NCBI RefSeq assembly: GCF_009914755.1
Contig: NC_060925.1
DNA: 64,000 nucleotides
From: the human T2T-CHM13v2.0 reference genome, Homo sapiens
Direction: 5' to 3' (one strand)
Shown here piece by piece: positions 27,901 through 41,055 of this stretch. The notes below the pieces were generated by a model that worked only from the letters and a program-made list of their open reading frames with translations, was not told where the DNA came from and made no database searches. Made by a program: the position numbers and the translations under genes. Position 1 is the first letter of the stretch, and each line of letters opens with the position of its first letter.

Positions 27901-30900
27901 CAACATCAAACGGAAAAAAACGGAATTATCGAATGGAATCGAAGAGAATCATCGAATGGACCCGAATGGAATCATCTAATGGAATGGAATGGAATAATCC
28001 ATGGACTCGAATGCAATCATCATCGAATGGAATCGAATGGAATCATCGAATGGACTCGAATGGAATAATCATTGAACGGAATCGAATGGAATCATCATCG
28101 GATGGAAATGAATGGAATCATCATCGAATGGAATCGAATAGAATTATGGAATGAAATCCAGTGTGATCATCATCGAATGGACCCGAATGGAATCATCATC
28201 CAACGGAAGCTAATGGAATCAACATCGAATGAATCGAATGGAAACACCATCGAATTGAAACGAATGGAATTATCATGAAATTGAAATGGATGGACTCATC
28301 ATCGAATGGATTCGAATGGAATCATCGAATAAAATTGATTGAAATCATCATCGAATGGAATCGAATGGTATCATTGAATGGAATCGAATGGAATCATCAT
28401 CAGATGGAAATGAATGGAATCGTCATAGAATGGAATCGAATGGATTCATTGAATGGAATCAGATGGAATCATCGAATGGACTGGAATGGAATCATTGAAT
28501 GGACTCGAAAGGGATCATTATTGAATGGAATTGAATGGAATCATCGAATGGTCTCGATTGGAATCATTACCAAATGGAATCGAATGGAATCACCGAATAG
28601 AATCGAATGGAACAATCATCGAATGGACTCAAATGGAATTATCCTCAAATGGAATCGAATGGAATTATCGAATGCAATCGAATGGAATTATCGAATGCAA
28701 TCGAATAGAATCATCGAATGGACTCGAATGGAATCATCGAATGGAATGGAATGGAACAGTCAATGAACTCGAATGGAATCATCATTGAATGGAATCGAAT
28801 GGAATCATCGAGTGGAATCGAATGGAATTATGATCAAATGGAATCGAATGTAATCATCATCAAATGGAATCAAAAATAACCATCATCAATTGGTATTGAA
28901 TGGAATTGTCATCAAATGGAATTCAAAGGAATCATCATCAAATGGAACCGAATGGAATCCTCATTGAATGGAAACGAAAAGGGTCATCATCTAATGGAAT
29001 CGCATGGAATCATCATCAAATGGAATCGAATGGAATCATCATCAAATGGAATCTAATGGAATCATTGAACAGAATTGAATGGAATCGTCATCGAATGAAT
29101 TGAATGCAATCATCGAATGGTCTCGAATGGAATCATCTTCTAATGGAAAGGAATGGAATCATCGCATAGAATCGAATGGAATTATCATCGAATGGAATCG
29201 AATGGTATCAACACCAAACGGAAAAAAACGGAATTATCGAATGGAATCGAAGAGAATCTTCGAACGGACCCGAATGGAATAATCTAATGGAATGGAATGG
29301 AATAATCCATGGACTCGAATGCAATCATCATCGAATGGAATGGAATGGAATCATCGAATGGACTCGAATGGAATAATCATTGAACGGAATCGAATGGAAT
29401 CATCATCGGATGGAAACGAATGGAATCATCATCGAATGGAAATGAAAGGAGTCATCATCTAATGGAATTGCATGGAATCATCATAAAATGGAATCGAATG
29501 GAATCAACATCAAATGGAATCAAATGGAATCATTGAACGGAATTGAATGGAATCGTCATCGAATGAATTGACTGCAATCATCGAATGTTCTCGAATGGAA
29601 TCATCTTCAAATGGAATGGAATGGAATCATCGCATAGAATCGAATGGAATTATCATCGAATGGAATCGAATGGAATCAACATCAAACGGAAAAAAACGGA
29701 ATTATCGAATGGAATCGAAGAGAATCATCGAATGGACCCGAATGGAATCATCTAATGGAATGGAATGGAATAATCCATGGACTCGAATGCAATCATCATC
29801 GAATGGAATCGAACGGAATCATCGAATGGACTCGAATGGAATAATCATTGAACGGAATCGAATGGAATCATCATCGGATGGAAATGAATGGAATCATCAT
29901 CGAATGGAATCGAATAGAATTATGGAATGAAATCCAGTGTGATCATCATCGAATGGACCCGAATGGAATCATCATCCAACGGAAGCTAATGGAATCAACA
30001 TCGAATGAATCGAATGGAAACACCATCGAATTGAAACGAATGGAATTATCATGAAATTGAAATGGATGGACTCATCATCGAATGGATTCGAATGGAATCA
30101 TCGAATAAAATTGATTGAAATCATCATCGAATGGAATCGAATGGTATCATTGAATGGAATCGAATGGAATCATCATCAGATGGAAATGAATGGAATCGTC
30201 ATAGAATGGAATCGAATGGATTCATTGAATGGAATCAGATGGAATCATCGAATGGACTGGAATGGAATCATTGAATGGACTCGAAAGGGATCATGATTGA
30301 ATGGAATTGAATGGAATCATCGAATGGTCTCGATTGGAATCATTATCAAATGGAATCGAATGGAATCACCGAATAGAATCGAATGGAACAATCATCGAAT
30401 GGACTCAAATGGAATTATCCTCAAATGGAATCGAATTCAATTATCGAATGCAATCGAATGGAATTATCGAATGCAATCGAATAGAATCATCGAAAGGACT
30501 CGAATGGAATCATCGAATGGAATGGAATGGAACAGTCAATGAACTCGAATGGAATCATCATTGAATGGAATCGAATGGAATCATCGAGTGGAATCGAATG
30601 GAATTATGATCAAATGGAATCGAATGTATTCATCATCAAATGGAATCAAAAATAACCATCATCAATTGGTATTGAATGGAATTGTCATCAAATGGAATTC
30701 AAAGGAATCATCATCAAATGGAACCGAATGGAATCCTCATTGAATGGAAATGAAAGGGGTCATCATCTAATGGAATCGCATGGAATCATCATCAAATGGA
30801 ATCGAATGGAATCATCATCAAATGGAATCTAATGGAATCATTGAACAGAATTGAATGGAATCGTCATCGAATGAATTGAATGCAATCATCGAATGGTCTC

Positions 30901-32627
30901 GAATGGAATCATCTTCTAATGGAAAGGAATGGAATCATCGCATAGAATCGAATGGAATTATCATCGAATGGAATCGAATGGTATCAACACCAAACGGAAA
31001 AAAACGGAATTATCGAATGGAATCGAAGAGAATCTTCGAACGGACGCGAATGGAATCATCTAATGGAATGGAATGGAATAATCCATGGACTCGAATGCAA
31101 TCATCATCGAATAGAATGGAATGGAATCATCGAATGGACTCGAATGGAATAATCATTGAACGGAATCGAATGGAATCATCATCGGATGGAAACGAATGGA
31201 ATCATCATCGAATGGAAATGAAAGGAGTCATCTAATGGAATTGCATGGAATCATCATAAAATGGAATCGAATGGAATCAACATCAAATGGAATCAAATGG
31301 AATCATTGAACGGAATTGAATGGAATCGTCATCGAATGAATTGACTGCAATCATCGAATGTTCTCGAATGGAATCATCTTCAAATGAAATGGAATGGAAT
31401 CATCGCATAGAATCGAATGGAATTATCATCGAATGGAATCGAATGGAATCAACATCAAACGGAAAAAAACGGAATTATCGTATGGAATCGAAGAGAATCA
31501 TCGAATGGACCCGAATGGAATCATCTAATGGAATGGAATGGAATAATCCATGGACTCGAATGCAATCATCATCGAATGAAATCGAATGGAATCATCGAAT
31601 GGACTCGAATGGAATAATCATTGAACGGAATCGAATGGAATCATCATCGGATGGAAATGAATGGAATCATCATCGAATGGAATCGAATAGAATTATGGAA
31701 TGAAATCCAGTGTGATCATCATCGAATAGACCCGAATGGAATCATCATCCAACGGAAGCTAATGGAATCAACATCGAATGAATCGAATGGAAACACCATC
31801 GAATTGAAACGAATGGAATTATCATGAAATTGAAATGGATGGACTCATCATCGAATGGATTCGAATGGAATCATCGAATAAAATTGATTGAAATCATCAT
31901 CGAATGGAATCGAATGGTATCATTGAATGGAATCGAATGGAATCATCATCAGATGGAAATGAATGGAATCGTCATAGAATGGAATCGAATGGATTCATTG
32001 AATGGAATCAGATGGAATCATCGAATGGACTGGAATGGAATCATTGAATGGACTCGAAAGGGATCATGATTGAATGGAATTGAATGGAATCATGGAATGG
32101 TCTCGATTGGAATCATTATCAAATGGAATCGAATGGAATCACCGAATAGAATCGAATGGAACAATCATCGAATGGACTCAAATGGAATTATCCTCAAATG
32201 GAATCGAATTCAATTATCGAATGCAATCGAATGGAATTATCGAATGCAATCGAATAGAATCATCGAAAGGACTCGAATGGAATCATCGAATGGAATGGAA
32301 TGGAACAGTCAATGAACTCGAATGGAATCATCATTGAATGGAATCGAATGGAATCATCGAGTGGAATCGAATGGAATTATGATCAAATGGAATCGAATGT
32401 AATCATCATCAAATGGAATCAAAAATAACCATCATCAATTGGTATTGAATGGAATTGTCATCAAATGGAATTCAAAGGAATCATCATCAAATGGAACCGA
32501 ATGGAATCCTCATTGAATGGAAATGAAAGGGGTCATCATCTAATGGAATCGCATGGAATCATCATCAAATGGAATCGAATGGAATCATCATCAAATGGAA
32601 TCTAATGGAATCATTGAACAGAATTGA

Positions 32628-33958
32628 ATGGAATCGTCATCGAATGAATTGAATGCAATCATCGAATGGTCTCGAATGGAATCATCTTCTAATGGAAAGG
32701 AATGGAATCATCGCATAGAATCGAATGGAATTATCATCGAATGGAATCGAATGGTATCAACACCAAACGGAAAAAAACGGAATTATCGAATGGAATCGAA
32801 GAGAATCTTCGAACGGACCCGAATGGAATCATCTAATGGAATGGAATGGAATAATCCATGGACTCGAATGCAATCACCATCGAATGGAATCGAATGGAAT
32901 CATCGAATGGACTCGAATGGAATAATCATTGAACGGAATCGAATGGAATCATCATCGGATGGAAATGAATGGAATCATCATCGAATGGAATCGAATAGAA
33001 TTATGGAATGAAATCCAGTGTGATCATCATCGAATGGACCCGAATGGAATCATCATCCAACGGAAGCTAATGGAATCAACATCGAATGAATCGAATGGAA
33101 ACACCATCGAATTGAAACGAATGGAATTATCATGAAATTGAAATGGATGGACTCATCATCGAATGGATTCGAATGGAATCATCGAATAAAATTGATTGAA
33201 ATCATCATCAAATGGAATCGAATGGTATCATTGAATGGAATCGAATGGAATCATCATCAGATGGAAATGAATGGAATCGTCATAGAATGGAATCGAATGG
33301 ATTCATTGAATGGAATCAGATGGAATCATCGAATGGACTGGAATGGAATCATTGAATGGACTCGAAAGGCATCATTATTGAATGGAATTGAATGGAATCA
33401 TCGAATGGTCTCGATTGGAATCATTACCAAATGGAATCGAATGGAATCACCGAATAGAATCGAATGGAACAATCATCGAATGGACTCAAATGGAATTATC
33501 CTCCAATGGAATCGAATGGAATTATCGAATGCAATCGAATGGAATTATCGAATGCAATCGAATGGAATTATCGAATGCAATCGAATAGAATCATCGAATG
33601 GACTCGAATGGAATCATCGAATGGAATGGAATGGAACAGTCAATGAACTCGAATGGAATCATCATTGAATGGAATCGAATGGAATCATCGAGTGGAATCG
33701 AATGGAATTATGATCAAATGGAATCGAATGTAATCATCATCAAATGGAATCAAAAATAACCATCATCAATTGGTATTGAATGGAATTGTCATCAAATGGA
33801 ATTCAAAGGAATCATCATCAAATGGAACCGAATGGAATCCTCATTGAATGGAAATGAAAGGGGTCATCATCTAATGGAATCGCATGGAATCATCATCAAA
33901 TGGAATCGAATGGAATCATCATCAAATGGAATCTAATGGAATCATTGAACAGAATTGA
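32628..33958 (+). repeat. 1331-bp variant unit, copy 3
   Basis: Hybrid block with caccatc and aaggcatc markers. 23-mer occurs three times at 33514-33582. Lacks the tataatc and atcctac alleles of copies 1 and 2. Confidence 0.9.
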
Positions 33959-36900
33959 ATGGAATCGTCATCGAATGAATTGAATGCAATCATCGAATGG
34001 TCTCGAATGGAATCATCTTCTAATGGAAAGGAATGGAATCATCGCATAGAATCGAATGGAATTATCATCGAATGGAATCGAATGGTATCAACACCAAACG
34101 GAAAAAAACGGAATTATCGAATGGAATCGAAGAGAATCTTCGAACGGACCCGAATGGAATCATCTAATGGAATGGAATGGAATAATCCATGGACTCGAAT
34201 GCAATCATCATCGAATGGAATCGAATGGAGTCATCGAATGGACTCGAATGGAATAATCATTGAACGGAATCGAATGGAATCATCATCGGATGGAAACGAA
34301 TGGAATCATCATCGAATGGAAATGAAAGGAGTCATCATCTAATGGAATTGCATGGAATCATCATAAAATGGAATCGAATGGAATCAACATCAAATGGAAT
34401 CAAATGGAATCATTGAACGGAATTGAATGGAATCGTCATCGAATGAATTGACTGCAATCATCGAATGGTCTCGAATGGAATCATCTTCAAATGGAATGGA
34501 ATGGAATCATCGCATAGAATCGAATGGAATTATCATCGAATGGAATCGAATGGAATCAACATCAAACGGAAAAAAACAGAATTATCGTATGGAATCTAAG
34601 AGAATCATCGAATGGACCCGAATGGAATCATCTAATGGAATGGAATGGAATAATCCATGGACTCGAATGCAATCATCATCGAATGGAATCGAATGGAATC
34701 ATCGAATGGACTCGAATGGAATAATCATTGAACGGAATCGAATGGAATCATCATCGGATGGAAATGAATGGAATCATCATCGAATGGAATCGAATAGAAT
34801 TATGGAATGAAATCCAGTGTGATCATCATCGAATGGACCCGAATGGAATCATCATCCAACGGAAGCTAATGGAATCAACATCGAATGAATCGAATGGAAA
34901 CACCATCGAATTGAAACGAATGGAATTATCATGAAATTGAAATGGATGGACACATCATCGAATGGATTCGAATGGAATCATCGAATAAAATTGATTGAAA
35001 TCATCATCAAATGGAATCGAATGGTATCATTGAATGGAATCGAATGGAATCATCATCAGATGGAAATGAATGGAATCGTCATAGAATGGAATCGAATGGA
35101 TTCATTGAATGGAATCAGATGGAATCATCGAATGGACTGGAATGGAATCATTGAATGGACTCGAAAGGGATCATTATTGAATGGAATTGAATGGAATCAT
35201 CGAATGGTCTCGATTGGAATCATTATCAAATGGAATCGAATGGAATCACCGAATAGAATCGAATGGAACAATCATCGAATGGACTCAAATGGAATTATCC
35301 TCAAATGGAATCGAATGGAATTATCGAATGCAATCGAATGGAATTATCGAATGCAATCGAATAGAATCATCGAATGGACTCGAATGGAATCATCGAATGG
35401 AATGGAATGGAACAGTCAATGAACTCGAATGGAATCATCATTGAATGGAATCGAATGGAATCATCGAGTGGAATCGAATGGAATTATGATCAAATGGAAT
35501 CGAATGTAATCATCATCAAATGGAATCAAAAATAACCATCATCAATTGGTATTGAATGGAATTGTCATCAAATGGAATTCAAAGGAATCATCATCAAATG
35601 GAACCGAATGGAATCCTCATTGAATGGAAATGAAAGGGGTCATCATCTAATGGAATCGCATGGAATCATCATCAAATGGAATCGAATGGAATCATCATCA
35701 AATGGAATCTAATGGAATCATTGAACAGAATTGAATGGAATCGTCATCGAATGAATTGAATGCAATCATCGAATGGTCTCGAATGGAATCATCTTCTAAT
35801 GGAAAGGAATGGAATCATCGCATAGAATCGAATGGAATTATCATCGAATGGAATCGAATGGTATCAACACCAAACGGAAAAAAACGGAATTATCGAATGG
35901 AATCGAAGAGAATCTTCGAACGGACCCGAATGGAATCATCTAATGGAATGGAATGGAATAATCCATGGACTCGAATGCAATCATCATCGAATGGAATGGA
36001 ATGGAATCATCGAATGGACTCGAATGGAATAATCATTGAACGGAATCGAATGGAATCATCATCGGATGGAAACGAATGGAATCATCATCGAATGGAAATG
36101 AAAGGAGTCATCATCTAATGGAATTGCATGGAATCATCATAAAATGGAATCGAATGGAATCAACATCAAATGGAATCAAATGGAATCATTGAACGGAATT
36201 GAATGGAATCGTCATCGAATGAATTGACTGCAATCATCGAATGTTCTCGAATGCAATCATCTTCAAATGGAATGGAATGGAATCATCGCATAGAATCGAA
36301 TGGAATTATCATCGAATGGAATCGAATGGAATCAACATCAAACGGAAAAAAACGGAATTATCGAATGGAATCGAAGAGAATCATCGAATGGACCCGAATG
36401 GAATCATCTAATGGAATGGAATGAAATAATCCATGGTCTCGAATGCAATCATCATCGAATGGAATCGAATGGAATCATCGAATGGACTCGAATGGAATAA
36501 TCATTGAACGGAATCGAATGGAATCATCATCGGATGGAAATGAATGGAATCATCATCGAATGGAATCGAATAGAATTATGGAATGAAATCCAGTGTGATC
36601 ATCATCGAATGGACCCGAATGGAATCATCATCCAACGGAAGCTAATGGAATCAACATCGAATGAATCGAATGGAAACACCATCGAATTGAAACGAATGGA
36701 ATTATCATGAAATTGAAATGGATGGACTCATCATCGAATGGATTCGAATGGAATCATCGAATAAAATTGATTGAAATCATCATCGAATGGAATCGAATGG
36801 TATCATTGAATGGAATCGAATGGAATCATCATCAGATGGAAATGAATGGAATCGTCATAGAATGGAATCGAATGGATTCATTGAATGGAATCAGATGGAA

Positions 36901-39754
36901 TCATCGAATGGACTGGAATGGAATCATTGAATGGACTCGAAAGGGATCATGATTGAATGGAATTGAATGGAATCATCGAATGGTCTCGATTGGAATCATT
37001 ATCAAATGGAATCGAATGGAATCACCGAATAGAATCGAATGGAACAATCATCGAATGGACTCAAATGGAATTATCCTCAAATGGAATCGAATGGAATTAT
37101 CGAATGCAATCGAATGGAATTATCGAATGCAATCGAATAGAATCATCGAAAGGACTCGAATGGAATCATCGAATGGAATGGAATGGAACAGTCAATGAAC
37201 TCGAATGGAATCATCATTGAATGGAATCGAATGGAATCATCGAGTGGAATCGAATGGAATTATGATCAAATGGAATCGAATGTATTCATCATCAAATGGA
37301 ATCAAAAATAACCATCATCAATTGGTATTGAATGGAATTGTCATCAAATGGAATTCAAAGGAATCATCATCAAATGGAACCGAATGGAATCCTCATTGAA
37401 TGGAAATGAAAGGGGTCATCATCTAATGGAATCGCATGGAATCATCATCAAATGGAATCGAATGGAATCATCATCAAATGGAATCTAATGGAATCATTGA
37501 ACAGAATTGAATGGAATCGTCATCGAATGAATTGAATGCAATCATCGAATGGTCTCGAATGGAATCATCTTCTAATGGAAAGGAATGGAATCATCGCATA
37601 GAATCGAATGGAATTATCATCGAATGGAATCGAATGGTATCAACACCAAACGGAAAAAAACGGAATTATCGAATGGAATCGAAGAGAATCTTCGAACGGA
37701 CGCGAATGGAATCATCTAATGGAATGGAATGGAATAATCCATGGACTCGAATGCAATCATCATCGAATGGAATGGAATGGAATCATCGAATGGACTCGAA
37801 TGGAATAATCATTGAACGGAATCGAATGGAATCATCATCGGATGGAAACGAATGGAATCATCATCGAATGGAAATGAAAGGAGTCATCATCTAATGGAAT
37901 TGCATGGAATCATCATAAAATGGAATCGAATGGAATCAACATCAAATGGAATCAAATGGAATCATTGAACGGAATTGAATGGAATCGTCATCGAATGAAT
38001 TGACTGCAATCATCGAATGTTCTCGAATGGAATCATCTTCAAATGGAATGGAATGGAATCATCGCATAGAATCGAATGGAATTATCATCGAATGGAATCG
38101 AATGGAATCAACATCAAACGGAAAAAAACGGAATTATCGTATGGAATCGAAGAGAATCATCGAATGGACCCGAATGGAATCATCTAATGGAATGGAATGG
38201 AATAATCCATGGACTCGAATGCAATCATCATCGAATGAAATCGAATGGAATCATCGAATGGACTCGAATGGAATAATCATTGAACGGAATCGAATGGAAT
38301 CATCATCGGATGGAAATGAATGGAATCATCATCGAATGGAATCGAATAGAATTATGGAATGAAATCCAGTGTGATCATCATCGAATGGACCCGAATGGAA
38401 TCATCATCCAACGGAAGCTAATGGAATCAACATCGAATGAATCGAATGGAAACACCATCGAATTGAAACGAATGGAATTATCATGAAATTGAAATGGATG
38501 GACTCATCATCGAATGGATTCGAATGGAATCATCGAATAAAATTGATTGAAATCATCATCGAATGGAATCGAATGGTATCATTGAATGGAATCGAATGGA
38601 ATCATCATCAGATGGAAATGAATGGAATCGTCATAGAATGGAATCGAATGGATTCATTGAATGGAATCAGATGGAATCATCGAATGGACTGGAATGGAAT
38701 CATTGAATGGACTCGAAAGGGATCATGATTGAATGGAATTGAATGGAATCATGGAATGGTCTCGATTGGAATCATTATCAAATGGAATCGAATGGAATCA
38801 CCGAATAGAATCGAATGGAACAATCATCGAATGGACTCAAATGGAATTATCCTCAAATGGAATCGAATGGAATTATCGAATGCAATCGAATGGAATTATC
38901 GAATGCAATCGAATAGAATCATCGAAAGGACTCGAATGGAATCATCGAATGGAATGGAATGGAACAGTCAATGAACTCGAATGGAATCATCATTGAATGG
39001 AATCGAATGGAATCATCGAGTGGAATCGAATGGAATTATGATCAAATGGAATCGAATGTAATCATCATCAAATGGAATCAAAAATAACCATCATCAATTG
39101 GTATTGAATGGAATTGTCATCAAATGGAATTCAAAGGAATCATCATCAAATGGAACCGAATGGAATCCTCATTGAATGGAAATGAAAGGGGTCATCATCT
39201 AATGGAATCGCATGGAATCATCATCAAATGGAATCGAATGGAATCATCATCAAATGGAATCTAATGGAATCATTGAACAGAATTGAATGGAATCGTCATC
39301 GAATGAATTGAATGCAATCATCGAATGGTCTCGAATGGAATCATCTTCTAATGGAAAGGAATGGAATCATCGCATAGAATCGAATGGAATTATCATCGAA
39401 TGGAATCGAATGGTATCAACACCAAACGGAAAAAAACGGAATTATCGAATGGAATCGAAGAGAATCTTCGAACGGACCCGAATGGAATCATCTAATGGAA
39501 TGGAATGGAATAATCCATGGACTCGAATGCAATCATCATCGAATGGAATCGAATGGAATCATCGAATGGACTCGAATGGAATAATCATTGAACGGAATCG
39601 AATGGAATCATCATCGGATGGAAATGAATGGAATCATCATCGAAGGGAAATGAAAGGAGTCATCATCTAATGGAATTGCATGGAATCATCATAAAATGGA
39701 ATCGAATGGAATCAACATCAAATGGAATCAAATGGAATCATTGAACGGAATTGA

Positions 39755-41055
39755 ATGGAATCGTCATCGAATGAATTGACTGCAATCATCGAATGGTCTC
39801 GAATGGAATCATCTTCAAATGGAATGGAATGGAATCATCGCATAGAATCGAATGGAATTATCATCGAATGGAATCGAATGGAATCAACATCAAACGGAAA
39901 AAAACGGAATTATCGAATGGAATCGAAGAGAATCATCGAATGGACCCGAATGGAATCATCTAATGGAATGGAATGGAATAATCCATGGACTCGAATGCAA
40001 TCATCATCGAATGGAATCGAATGGAATCATCGAATGGTCTCGATTGGAATCATTACCAAATGGAATCGAATGGAATCACCGAATAGAATCGAATGGAACA
40101 ATCATCGAATGGACTCAAATGGAATTATCCTCCAATGGAATCGAATGGAATTATCGAATGCAATCGAATGGAATTATCGAATGCAATCGAATGGAATTAT
40201 CGAATGCAATCGAATAGAATCATCGAATGGACTCGAATGGAATCATCGAATGGAATGGAATGGAACAGTCAATGAACTCGAATGGAATCATCATTGAATG
40301 GAATCGAATGGAATCATCGAGTGGAATCGAATGGAATTATGATCAAATGGAATCGAATGTAATCATCATCAAATGGAATCAAAAATAACCATCATCAATT
40401 GGTATTGAATGGAATTGTCATCAAATGGAATTCAAAGGAATCATCATCAAATGGAACCGAATGGAATCCTCATTGAATGGAAATGAAAGGGGTCATCATC
40501 TAATGGAATCGCATGGAATCATCATCAAATGGAATCGAATGGAATCATCATCAAATGGAATCTAATGGAATCATTGAACAGAATTGAATGGAATCGTCAT
40601 CGAATGAATTGAATGCAATCATCGAATGGTCTCGAATGGAATCATCTTCTAATGGAAAGGAATGGAATCATCGCATAGAATCGAATGGAATTATCATCGA
40701 ATGGAATCGAATGGTATCAACACCAAACGGAAAAAAACGGAATTATCGAATGGAATCGAAGAGAATCTTCGAACGGACCCGAATGGAATCATCTAATGGA
40801 ATGGAATGGAATAATCCATGGACTCGAATGCAATCATCATCGAATGGAATCGAATGGAGTCATCGAATGGACTCGAATGGAATAATCATTGAACGGAATC
40901 GAATGGAATCATCATCGGATGGAAACGAATGGAATCATCATCGAATGGAAATGAAAGGAGTCATCATCTAATGGAATTGCATGGAATCATCATAAAATGG
41001 AATCGAATGGAATCAACATCAAATGGAATCAAATGGAATCATTGAACGGAATTGA
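39755..41055 (+). repeat. 1301-bp variant unit (498-bp deletion plus 23-bp triplication)
   Basis: A-block start 39755 to B-block start 40588 is 833 bp instead of 1308. The atccagtgtg, ggaagcta and aaaattgattg landmarks are missing. Junction at 40019-40037. Confidence 0.9.
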
